From an uncultured Clostridia bacterium (GTDB taxonomy: Bacteria; Bacillota; Clostridia; TANB77; CAG-508), in contig CALXEW010000005.1 of assembly GCA_944387435.1 (NCBI GenBank), positions 20,789 through 84,788 of the forward strand: a stretch of DNA of 64,000 nucleotides. Direction: 5' to 3'. Both the position numbers and the translations under genes were made by a program. Positions 30,923-39,946 of this stretch are shown here, one piece after another (position 1 is the first letter of the stretch; each line of letters opens with the position of its first letter). Below the pieces are notes generated by a model. It saw nothing but the letters and a program-made list of their open reading frames with translations, had not been told where the DNA came from and did not search any database.

Positions 30923-31536
30923 TGTGGACTTATAATAAAATGTTACAATATCCAATTAATATAAAATGTACAGACCCAAAACTTGCTAAAGTAATTATAT
31001 CTCAATATGGAGGCCCTGATGGTGAACTTGCAGCATCACTTAGATATTTATCACAAAGATTTGGTATGCCTGACCAAAAAGCAAAAGCAATTTTAAATGA
31101 CATAGGAACAGAAGAACTTGCTCACTTAGAAATGGTAGGAACTATAGTACACCAATTAACTAAAAATGCTTCTATCGAGGAAATAGAAAATGCTGGATTA
31201 AGTGCGTACTATACAGATCATGGTGTAGATGTGTATCCACAAGCAGCATCAGGAGTTCCATTTTCAGCATCAGTACTTGCTTGTAAAGGAGACCCTATAG
31301 CAAACTTACAAGAAGACTTAGCAGCTGAACAAAAAGCAAGAGCAACTTATGAAAAACTAATAGATTTATGTAGAGATAATCCAGATGTATTAGACCCATT
31401 AAGATATTTAAGAGAAAGAGAAATAGTACATTTCCAAAGATTTGGTGAAGCACTTCGTGGAGTACAAGATAAACTTGCAGAAAAGAAATTTTATATGAAT
31501 AACACAAATAACAACAATTGCGGTTGTAATAATTAA
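30922..31536 (+). CDS. cotJC: Spore coat protein CotJC (manganese catalase family) with an Asn-rich C-terminal tail
   Basis: MWTYNKMLQYPI...LAASLRYLSQRF...ELAHLEMVGT. TAATG start/stop overlap with cotJB. Confidence 0.9.
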   Translation: MWTYNKMLQYPINIKCTDPKLAKVIISQYGGPDGELAASLRYLSQRFGMPDQKAKAILNDIGTEELAHLEMVGTIVHQLTKNASIEEIENAGLSAYYTDHGVDVYPQAASGVPFSASVLACKGDPIANLQEDLAAEQKARATYEKLIDLCRDNPDVLDPLRYLREREIVHFQRFGEALRGVQDKLAEKKFYMNNTNNNNCGCNN

Positions 31537-31544
31537 GAACAAAG

Positions 31545-31574
31545 CTCCTATATTTTTATAATATGGGAGTTTTA
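31545..31574 (+). terminator. cotJ operon terminator
   Basis: ctcctatat/atatgggag stem followed by a U-tract. Confidence 0.65.
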
Positions 31575-31631
31575 GGTTTTTATATTTTATTTAAAATTGA
31601 TAGAGCTGGTATAAAGACATATAAATAATAT

Positions 31632-31790
31632 TTATAAGTGGTAAGCCCTAGAAGAAAATTGCATTGTTGCAAAAGTCTGCGACTATGGGAAAAAATGGAA
31701 AGCAATACAAGTGCCTAAACAAGGGTGCTACTAAAGTGCTACAAGAGCGAGGAACGGATTTAATTCGTTCCTCTGCTTGCGTTTGTGTTT
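31632..31790 (+). ncRNA. Candidate structured small RNA or leader with its own promoter (TTGATA-17-TATAAA at 31597-31625) and terminator (gaggaacg...cgttcctc at 31749-31773); unclassified
   Basis: Locally GC-enriched (agtggtaagccctagaag...gtgcctaaacaagggtgctactaaagtgctacaagagcg) with no ORF, bracketed by a promoter and a terminator. Lies upstream of the PHP gene. Confidence 0.4.
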
Positions 31791-31874
31791 ATATAAATAA
31801 ATTTATGCCATAATAGATATATTTGTAAATTCTTGAGGTTTGTGATATATTTTAGTCGAAAAAGGAGAGATAAG

Positions 31875-32738
31875 ATGATTGATTTACATATACATACCGT
31901 TTATTCTGATGGTAGTAAAACAGTAGAAGAAATCTTAAAAATATGTGAAAAGAAAAAATTAGAATATATATCAATAACAGACCATAATACTGCTAAACAA
32001 TATGAAGATGAGACATTAAAAAATAATACTTTTTTTAATGGTAGTGTTATAAAAGGAGCAGAACTAAATGCAGTATTAAAAGATAAAAATATTGAAATAT
32101 TAGGTTATAATATAAATCCTAATATAATAGATGAATGGTGTAAGAAATATTACTCAGAAGAAAGATTAGAAGAACAACAAGAAATATGTTATAAAAGATT
32201 GTTAGATATATGTGATAAGCAAGGACTTATATATGATGAAAGTAAAATAGTAAAACCTAAAGCAACTGGATATGTAGAAATTTCAATTTATAATGAACTA
32301 ATGAGACATAAAGAAAATTATGAAATATTAGGAGAATTTACAGAGTCACTTGGAGTGTTTTTCAGAAAAGGTCTAGCAAATCCCGAAAGCGTTTATTTTG
32401 TGAATCGTATAGAGTTTAGACCAAAGTATAAAGAAGTAGTAGATATTATTCATAAATCTGGCGGGAAAGCATTTCTAGCTCACCCATTTGAATATAAGTT
32501 TGAAGATACAATCGGATTTATAGATGATTTAAGAAAAGAGTATGAACTAGATGGAATAGAATGTTTCCATCCATCAGCAAATCAAGAAGAAAGAAAAGCT
32601 CTAGTACAATATGCAAAGAAAAATAGATTATATATGAGTGGTGGTAGCGATTATCATGGAGACTCAAAACCAGATATAGAAATAGGTATAGGAAGAGGAG
32701 ATTTAAATATATCTAAAGAAATATTAGAGTGGTTATAA
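31875..32738 (+). CDS. PHP-domain metal-dependent phosphoesterase
   Basis: MIDLHIHTVYSDGS PHP signature. RBS GGAGAG. Confidence 0.8.
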   Translation: MIDLHIHTVYSDGSKTVEEILKICEKKKLEYISITDHNTAKQYEDETLKNNTFFNGSVIKGAELNAVLKDKNIEILGYNINPNIIDEWCKKYYSEERLEEQQEICYKRLLDICDKQGLIYDESKIVKPKATGYVEISIYNELMRHKENYEILGEFTESLGVFFRKGLANPESVYFVNRIEFRPKYKEVVDIIHKSGGKAFLAHPFEYKFEDTIGFIDDLRKEYELDGIECFHPSANQEERKALVQYAKKNRLYMSGGSDYHGDSKPDIEIGIGRGDLNISKEILEWL

Positions 32739-32815
32739 AGAGTTATAGAAAAATATTATAATAGCAAAGCATAGTCGTAAAAATTTCGACTATGCTAAAT
32801 ATTTAAAGATATTGT

Positions 32816-33405
32816 CTAGTTACTAGTAAATAATTCTTTAATATATAAATCTTTGTTTTCCAATTTGTTATTTTTATTTTGTAATAAATTTTCAAAAAAC
32901 ATTACTAAGTAATCAAATGTAGGATAAATACCTTTGGGAATATTAACATAATTACTTCTAACTAAAGCGCTTCTAAAAAACGAGCTGTAGTTTTTAAACA
33001 TATCATTATTAATATTAAACCCCATAGTATTTAGATATTTTTCAATAAAAACAGCAGTTGTTCTAGTATTTCCTTCACCAAAAGGATGAACTTGCCATAT
33101 ACTTGAAGTGAATTTTGCAATATGTAATATCAATTCATCATTATTTACTTTTGAATAATCAAAATCTTTTTCTTCTTGTATATTTATATCACTAGCATCT
33201 TGAGTTTTGTAATAGTTTTTTAATAAATCTTCTATTTCGTTATATTTTAATTCTCCATTAATATTTTTATTAGATAAATCCAATAAATATTTAGAAGGTT
33301 TTAGATTATCAACTTTATTTAGTCCAATACCTATATCCCAATATTCTTGTTTTTTGCAGTATCTGTTGTTTCTTCTTCTATTATATAATTTTCATAATTA
33401 GACAT
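32816..33405 (-). CDS. Fic-family protein (non-canonical motif HPFGEGNTRTT) interrupted by a -1 frameshift at an A_AAA_AAC slippery heptamer (plus-strand T6 at 33350-33355)
   Basis: ATG at 33405 with a GGAGG RBS. The zero frame stops after 25 codons. The -1 frame continues as QEYWDIGIGLNKVDNLKPSKYLL...HPFGEGNTR, a typical Fic N-terminus and core. Confidence 0.55.
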
Positions 33406-33821
33406 ATAAACCTCCAAAAAACTTTTAATAAGCTACTATAATATTACACCATAAATAGGTTAGAAATACTATAAATTTGGGAATTTTTATAAGAAAAATT
33501 AATATTGTTGTACACATATTATTAGTTTAGTTGAGATGTGTTTACTAATTTATGTTTCCGAAAATATTTCATAATATATATTTGCATAAGCAAATATGAC
33601 ATAAAGAGGAGAAAACAACAAGAAGAGGTATGATGTAACAATCAGAGTTTATAGTAGGGAGTTTGTGTATGAAAATGTCAAGTTTCTTACTGTATACTAA
33701 GGTTTTGTTCTACTAGAAGATTAAGGACGCTCAGGTTTTTTCTTTTTTAACGTTTTTAGTTGAATAATTAACAATATTATGATATTATAAGCTAAAATTA
33801 AATAGGAAGAGGGATGTTGAA

Positions 33822-34397
33822 ATGGAAAATTATAAAACAAATTACAGAAGAACTGTAGCTATTGTTATGGTTATAATTTTATTGTTGGTTATACTTACAG
33901 GAATATCTTACTATAGAGATGTAGAAATAGTAACAAATATTTGCTTGAGCTTTTTAATAGCTTGTACTACAGGTGTTGTAATTGAGTTGATTAACGGAGC
34001 GAAGGAGAAGGATTCTAAGGCAGTATTTGATTATAAAAAAGAACTTGAGGAAATGAGATATAAAATAATTAAGTTCAAGAAAAATTTAAACAATTTATCA
34101 AGAAATAGAAGAAGATATAATTTCTCTAATGGGGCGGATAAATTAATGGAAGATGCAAGTAAGTTAAATGAACAAATAAATTATTTATATGAAAATGAAC
34201 CAAAGAAAAGTTTAATAAAAAAATTCTTATATAGTCAAGAAATAAACTTAGAACATAAAATAACTACTGTAGAAGAAATAAGAGAAGATATAGTAAACAT
34301 GGTTGATAAAAGAAGTATACTAAAAAAGATGTCTCGTTATAACCATACTTTAGACAAGTTATTATATAATATTAATAGAGAATTAGGAATTAAGTAG
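33822..34397 (+). CDS. Hypothetical membrane-anchored coiled-coil protein
   Basis: Two N-terminal TM helices and a K/E-rich remainder. Confidence 0.45.
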   Translation: MENYKTNYRRTVAIVMVIILLLVILTGISYYRDVEIVTNICLSFLIACTTGVVIELINGAKEKDSKAVFDYKKELEEMRYKIIKFKKNLNNLSRNRRRYNFSNGADKLMEDASKLNEQINYLYENEPKKSLIKKFLYSQEINLEHKITTVEEIREDIVNMVDKRSILKKMSRYNHTLDKLLYNINRELGIK

Positions 34398-34406
34398 GAA
34401 GATGTT

Positions 34407-35090
34407 ATGGAATTAAATATAGAAAAAGAATTATTTGAATTGCAAGATAAAAAATATCAGGAGTTTCAAAAAAAGTTATGCCCTGGTACAGAAAGTATTA
34501 TTGGAATCAGAGTACCAATACTTAAAAATTATGCAAAAGACTTATTAAAGAAGTATAATTTTAAAGAGATAATGGAATGTGTAAAGGATAATTATTATGA
34601 AGAAATAATGCTTCAAGGAATGTTAATAGGTGGAGCAAAAGAAAATTTTGATGTAATTATTAAATATATAGAGGAATTTATTCCCAAAATAGATAATTGG
34701 GCCGTTTGTGATACTTTTTGTACTGGTTTAAAGATTACTAAAAAACATAAAGAAGAAATGTGGCTTTTTGTACAAAAATATTTAAAATCTAAAAAAGAGT
34801 TTGAAGTTAGATTTGGTGTTGTTATGATACTTGGTTATTTTATAGATGAAGAACATTTAGAAGATAACTTTAAATTGTTCAATAGTATAAAAATAGATAA
34901 ATACTATGTACAAATGGCAGTAGCATGGGCTATATCTATTTGTTTAATTAGATATTATGATAGGACAGTTACATATTTACAAGAAGAAGCGGAGTTAGAT
35001 AATTTTACATATAACAAATCTATACAAAAAGCAACAGAATCATATAGAATTACAGACGAACAAAAAGAGTTTTTAAGAAAATTGAAATAA
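34407..35090 (+). CDS. DNA alkylation repair enzyme (AlkD-like HEAT-repeat glycosylase family)
   Basis: Family signature (LQDKKYQEFQKKL...IGIRVPILKNYAK, WAVCDTFC). Confidence 0.7.
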   Translation: MELNIEKELFELQDKKYQEFQKKLCPGTESIIGIRVPILKNYAKDLLKKYNFKEIMECVKDNYYEEIMLQGMLIGGAKENFDVIIKYIEEFIPKIDNWAVCDTFCTGLKITKKHKEEMWLFVQKYLKSKKEFEVRFGVVMILGYFIDEEHLEDNFKLFNSIKIDKYYVQMAVAWAISICLIRYYDRTVTYLQEEAELDNFTYNKSIQKATESYRITDEQKEFLRKLK

Positions 35091-35228
35091 GGCAATCGCA
35101 ATCTCATTGGCTTTAGACAATGGGTAATTCACAAAATAAATATTAATTTTTGATAAAAAGTGTTTATAGAAAAAATTATTTATGTTATAGTGTTATAGTA
35201 AAAAATATATTAAGGGAGAAAGATATAC

Positions 35229-36971
35229 ATGGGAAAAGGAAAAAGAGTAATGGTAAAAGAACCAAAGAAAAATAAAAACAGAAGAATGTCGAATGAGGAG
35301 ATTGAGCAAAAGAAGAAAATAATTAAAAGAACATTTTTTACAATTGTAGCGTTACTTATTATTTTTATAGTTGCTATGATTGCTAATAATTATATTATTT
35401 TAGATAATAATGAAAGAACTAATTTAGTAATAAATAATAATAATGTGACTACCGATTTAAAAAATGATGTTTTGATAAAAGATGATATTATATATTTATC
35501 AGAAGCGGATATTGCAAATTTCTTTGATAAACATATTTATTATGATGAAGGTACAGAAAAGATAATTACAACTTATGAGAAAAAAATAGCAGAAATTGGA
35601 TTTGAAGAAAATGTAATAAATATAAATGGTTCAGATAAAGAAATTTATGCACATGCAATTAGAGAAAATGGAGAAGTTTATTTACCTGTTTCTGAAATGG
35701 CAGATGTATATGATGTAGAAATTCAAAGTATTCCAGAAACAAAAGTTATTACAATGGATTCTTTAGATAGAGAACAAAAAAGAGCTATTGTAAACAAAGA
35801 TACTGCTGTAAAATCTTCTACTAATTTTATTGCAAGGACTGTAGACAGAGTGGAAAAAGGAGAAGCTGTTATAGTGGTTTCAACTGATGGTAAATATTCT
35901 AGAATTAGAACATCAGATGGGAAAATTGGAATCATAAAGTCAAATAGATTGGAAAACGAATTTACTATAAGAGAAGATATGGAAGAAGAAAAGCAAGTAG
36001 ATGGAAAAGTAAATCTTACTTGGGATTATTTTTCAGAGTATGTTTTAGCTCCTGATAGAAGCGGAACTACTATAGAAGGTGTAAATGTAGTATCACCATC
36101 ATTTTTCTATTTAGATACAGATGGCGAACTTAAAGAAAATGTAGGAAGTGAAGGACAAGCTTATATTGAATGGGCTCATAACAATGGATATAAAGTATGG
36201 CCAATGGTATCAAATGCGGTTGCAGCAAATGAAAGTTTAGATATAACTTCTAATATAATGAATAGCTATGAGAGTAGAAAAAAATTAATAGAAAATATTG
36301 TAGAAAAATGCGTTGAATATGATTTAGACGGTATTAATATAGATTTTGAAAATATGTATGCTGAAGATAAAGACATGTATTCTAGATTTATAATAGAACT
36401 TACACCAAGATTAAAAGAAATAGGAATGGTAACATCTGTTGATGTGACAGCACCGGATGGGGCTGATACTTGGTCATTATGTTTTGATAGAAATGTTATA
36501 GGAGATGTAGCAGATTATATTATATTTATGGCCTATGACCAAAATGGAACATCAAGTCTTAAACCTGGAACAACAGCAGGATATAATTGGGTACAATTAA
36601 ATCTTACAAAATTTTTACAAACAGAAGCCATAGAGCCAGAAAAATTAATACTTGGAATACCTTTTTATACAAGAGTTTGGACAACAGACTCTGATGGTGA
36701 TATAATTAGTAGAAATACCGTTGATATGAAAGATATAGATAGTGTTATTCCAGAAGGTGTAGAAAAGACTTGGAACGATGAATTAAAACAAAATTATGTA
36801 GAATATATGGATGGTAGTAACAAAAGACAAATATGGATTGAAGATATAGAGTCTTTAAAGGCAAAAGTATCTTTAGTTATAGAAAATAACCTAGCAGGTG
36901 TTGCCTCATGGCAAAAAGATATGGAATCAAATGATGTTTGGCAAATGTTAGAAAGCGAATTAGCAAAATAA
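35229..36971 (+). CDS. Glycoside hydrolase family 18 protein (spore-peptidoglycan hydrolase-like) with a signal anchor and N-terminal repeat domains
   Basis: GH18 catalytic motif DGINIDFE. Confidence 0.75.
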   Translation: MGKGKRVMVKEPKKNKNRRMSNEEIEQKKKIIKRTFFTIVALLIIFIVAMIANNYIILDNNERTNLVINNNNVTTDLKNDVLIKDDIIYLSEADIANFFDKHIYYDEGTEKIITTYEKKIAEIGFEENVININGSDKEIYAHAIRENGEVYLPVSEMADVYDVEIQSIPETKVITMDSLDREQKRAIVNKDTAVKSSTNFIARTVDRVEKGEAVIVVSTDGKYSRIRTSDGKIGIIKSNRLENEFTIREDMEEEKQVDGKVNLTWDYFSEYVLAPDRSGTTIEGVNVVSPSFFYLDTDGELKENVGSEGQAYIEWAHNNGYKVWPMVSNAVAANESLDITSNIMNSYESRKKLIENIVEKCVEYDLDGINIDFENMYAEDKDMYSRFIIELTPRLKEIGMVTSVDVTAPDGADTWSLCFDRNVIGDVADYIIFMAYDQNGTSSLKPGTTAGYNWVQLNLTKFLQTEAIEPEKLILGIPFYTRVWTTDSDGDIISRNTVDMKDIDSVIPEGVEKTWNDELKQNYVEYMDGSNKRQIWIEDIESLKAKVSLVIENNLAGVASWQKDMESNDVWQMLESELAK

Positions 36972-37060
36972 TAAATTAGAAAAACGATGAAATATGCTTG
37001 ACATTAGCATTTCAGATATATATAATACAAAAAAAGCACTTTGGAGGTAATTTTTGACAG

Positions 37061-37720
37061 ATGCAAAAAAAGGACGCGTTTTTTACGACTAACATATATG
37101 AAAATTTAACAGATGAACAAGTGATTGATAAGATACATCAAGGAGACGAAGAAGCTTTAGCATATATTTTGGAAAAATATAAAGAACTTGTAAATATGAA
37201 AGTTGGAAAATATTTTATAGTTGGAGCTGAAAAAGAAGACACTGTTCAAGAAGGAATGATAGGGTTATTTAAGGCAATAAAAAGTTTCGATAATACAAAG
37301 CAAAATTCCTTTAAATCTTTTGCAAATATATGTATAGAAAGACAATTAATAACAGCGATAAAAAGCTCCAATAGACAAAAGCATATGCCACTTAATTCGT
37401 ATTTATCATTAAATACAGCGGCCTATGATAATAATGAGGATGATAGTGTTGAATTATTGGAGACATTTAATAGTAATACTATTGAAGATCCATTAGATAC
37501 TATAATGAAACAAGAATATTATAAAGAAGTAGAAGATGCAGTAAATAAGAATTTAAGTAAATTTGAAAAACAAGTTCTAGATAGATTCTTAAAAGGTGAT
37601 AGCTATATAAAAATTGCTGAAAAGTTAGATTCACCTGTAAAGTCAGTAGATAATGCAATTCAAAGAATAAGAAAAAAGGCAATAAAAAATATAACAAATA
37701 ATAATGGCCAACCTAAATAA
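37061..37720 (+). CDS. sigH: RNA polymerase sporulation sigma factor SigH
   Basis: Near-collinear match to Bacillus SigH (EDTVQEGMIGLFKAIKSF...RQKHMPLNSY...VKSVDNAIQRIRKK). Confidence 0.9.
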   Translation: MQKKDAFFTTNIYENLTDEQVIDKIHQGDEEALAYILEKYKELVNMKVGKYFIVGAEKEDTVQEGMIGLFKAIKSFDNTKQNSFKSFANICIERQLITAIKSSNRQKHMPLNSYLSLNTAAYDNNEDDSVELLETFNSNTIEDPLDTIMKQEYYKEVEDAVNKNLSKFEKQVLDRFLKGDSYIKIAEKLDSPVKSVDNAIQRIRKKAIKNITNNNGQPK

Positions 37721-37823
37721 GGGTTGGTTTATTATTTTCATATTATGTTGGACAAATAAAAAATATAGTGTTATACTCTAAAAGTGAAAAACAAACGAAG
37801 AGCAATAGAAGGAGGAAACATGA

Positions 37824-38771
37824 GTGTTTAATAATGAAAATCTAGAAAATACTGTAAAAATAAAGGTAATCGGTGTAGGCGGCGGAGGAAATAATGCTGT
37901 TTTACATATAATTAATGAAAAGGTAAAAAATATTGAATCTTATTTAATTAATACAGAAATGGGAGTATTAAAAAAGACAAATTATAGAAATATCTTGCAA
38001 ATAGGAAAAGAGACAACAAAAGGATTGGGAGCAGGTGCAGATGAAAATGTAGGAGAAAAAGCAGCAAGAGAAAGCAAAATGGAAATAGAACAGATATTAC
38101 AAAATACTGATATGTTATTTATAACTGCAGGAATGGGAGGGGGAACAGGAACTGGTGCTGCCCCTGTTGTTGCAGAAATCGCAAAGGAAATGGGGATTTT
38201 AACAGTTGGAGTGGTTACAAAACCATTTATGTTTGAAGGTAAATTAAGAGAAATGAGAGCAGAATTGGGAATAAAAAGATTGCAAGAACAAGTAAATGCT
38301 CTAATTGTAATTTTAAATGATAATTTATTAAAGATTGCTAATAAAAATACACCATTAAAAGAAGCTTTTTTAGTTGCGAATGATGTTGTAAAACAGGGGA
38401 TACAAAGTATAACAGATTTAATAACTACTGTTGGTGAAATAAATCTAGATTTTGCAGATATAAAAACTATATTTAGCTATAAAGGAAAGGCATATATGGG
38501 GATAGGAAAATCTGAAGGAGAAGCAAGAGTAGAAGAAGCAATAAAACAAGCAATAGAAAATCCATTAACAGAAAATAAAATAGATAATGCAAAAGGTGTA
38601 ATATTTAATGTAAGTGGTGGAGAAGATTTGAGTTTGACAGAAATAGATAGTGCTATAAAATTGATTAATGATAAAGTAGATGAAGATGCAAATATTATTT
38701 TTGGAACAGTGATAGATAAAAATCTGGGAGATGAAGTTGTTGTAACAGTAATTGCAACGGGAGTTGAGTAA
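37824..38771 (+). CDS. FtsZ-family GTPase, short paralog (315 aa; core with GGGTGTG and T7 loop NLDFADI, no C-terminal linker or tail)
   Basis: GVGGGGNNAV, GGGTGTGAAPVVAEIAKE, and NLDFADIKTI motifs. Confidence 0.8.
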   Translation: MFNNENLENTVKIKVIGVGGGGNNAVLHIINEKVKNIESYLINTEMGVLKKTNYRNILQIGKETTKGLGAGADENVGEKAARESKMEIEQILQNTDMLFITAGMGGGTGTGAAPVVAEIAKEMGILTVGVVTKPFMFEGKLREMRAELGIKRLQEQVNALIVILNDNLLKIANKNTPLKEAFLVANDVVKQGIQSITDLITTVGEINLDFADIKTIFSYKGKAYMGIGKSEGEARVEEAIKQAIENPLTENKIDNAKGVIFNVSGGEDLSLTEIDSAIKLINDKVDEDANIIFGTVIDKNLGDEVVVTVIATGVE

Positions 38772-38870
38772 TCGGAAAAACATTTTATTAAAATAGATTA
38801 AAAGTATACTTGACATCAAAAAATGGTAATGTTATATTGTTTTTAGAAAATGTAAAAGGGGGAATAAAAA

Positions 38871-39440
38871 ATGGAACAATCAATGGGAAAAATTACCTGG
38901 GGGTATATTTGGCGATGGATAGTATTGAACTTTGCAACAGCGTTTGTGCTTACAATTGTTTTGCGATTACTTATGGGAGCAGTTGCTTCTGGGAGTGATA
39001 CAGGAACAACAGGTTTACATTACAAAATGTATCTAGTAGGTTCACTTATAATATCTGTAATAAGTATAATTCTTGCATGTAAATTTGCAACTTCTGACAT
39101 TAAAAAGAAATTTTCAATTGATGAAAGTAATGCTTCACAAGTTTTCAAACGCATTGTAATAGTTCTAATTGTAATAACAGTAATATTTGCAATTTATCAG
39201 GTGTTTAGTTCAATTAATATTAGAAATCAATTAGAAGAAGCATCAGTTCAAATAGACTATGCTAAAAGTTTATCACAACAGTATTCAAGCGAAGCATTAA
39301 ATAGTCAACTAGAAGAACAAATAGCAGAATTAGAGTCATTTTTAGAATTTGGTAATGCAATCGTTATTGTATCAATTGTGGTAAATATTGGAACTTTATT
39401 ATTAATGATTCCTTTTGAGAAAAAATTATTAAAAGTATAA
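38871..39440 (+). CDS. Membrane protein (N-terminal TM pair, coiled-coil, C-terminal TM) downstream of the FtsZ paralog
   Basis: Hydropathy. GGGG RBS. Confidence 0.5.
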   Translation: MEQSMGKITWGYIWRWIVLNFATAFVLTIVLRLLMGAVASGSDTGTTGLHYKMYLVGSLIISVISIILACKFATSDIKKKFSIDESNASQVFKRIVIVLIVITVIFAIYQVFSSINIRNQLEEASVQIDYAKSLSQQYSSEALNSQLEEQIAELESFLEFGNAIVIVSIVVNIGTLLLMIPFEKKLLKV

Positions 39441-39478
39441 TGATGTAAATGGTAAAAATATAAAATAATAGATAATAA

Positions 39479-39503
39479 AAGATGGTTTGAGTAACCATCT
39501 TTT
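39479..39503 (+). terminator. Terminator hairpin (gatggtt/aaccatc) shared with the tRNA-Thr 3' flank
   Basis: Read directly. Confidence 0.6.
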
Positions 39504-39579
39504 TGGGGCTTCCAACGGGAATCGAACCCGTGACCTCTACCTTACCAAGGTAGCACTCTACCTACTGAGCTATGGAAGC
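39504..39579 (-). tRNA. tRNA-Thr (anticodon GGU), CCA encoded
   Basis: Reverse complement is GCTTCCATAGCTCAGTAGGTAGAGTGCTACCTTGGTAAGGTAGAGGTCACGGGTTCGATTCCCGTTGGAAGCCCCA. Cloverleaf with GGT in the anticodon loop and a GTTCGATTC T-arm. Confidence 0.9.
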
Positions 39580-39654
39580 ACGTAAAGAAATTATATAATA
39601 ATATGGAAAAAAAGTAAAGAAAATCTTGACTTTTTATAAAAAAGATATTAAACT

Positions 39655-39890
39655 ATTAACATAAGGTAAAAACAAGTAAGAGACGAGTAAAATAGAGGTT
39701 GCTTTAAGAGAGAATTAGTCAAAGGCTGAAAACTAATTTAAGCAAACCTATTTGAAAACTAACTCTTCATGTTTCTAGTGAATAAGCTAGACGGTTAAGA
39801 TACGTTATAATCTTGAAATTAAGTAAAAAATAGGATGGAACCGTGTAATTTGCACTCCTATGGAATTAAAAGTCCATGGGAGTTTTTTGA
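39655..39890 (+). promoter_or_regulatory. T-box riboswitch leader of thrS (T-box sequence at 39831-39845, terminator 39855-39888)
   Basis: AATAGGATGGAACCGTG matches the T-box consensus AGGGTGGNACCGCG. Terminator ctcctatgg/ccatgggag followed by T6. ACC in the candidate specifier region (39746-39748). Confidence 0.8.
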
Positions 39891-39946
39891 TGGAATAAAA
39901 GATTAAACATTTGAAACACTCTTAATGGACATAAGGAGGTTTTTGT

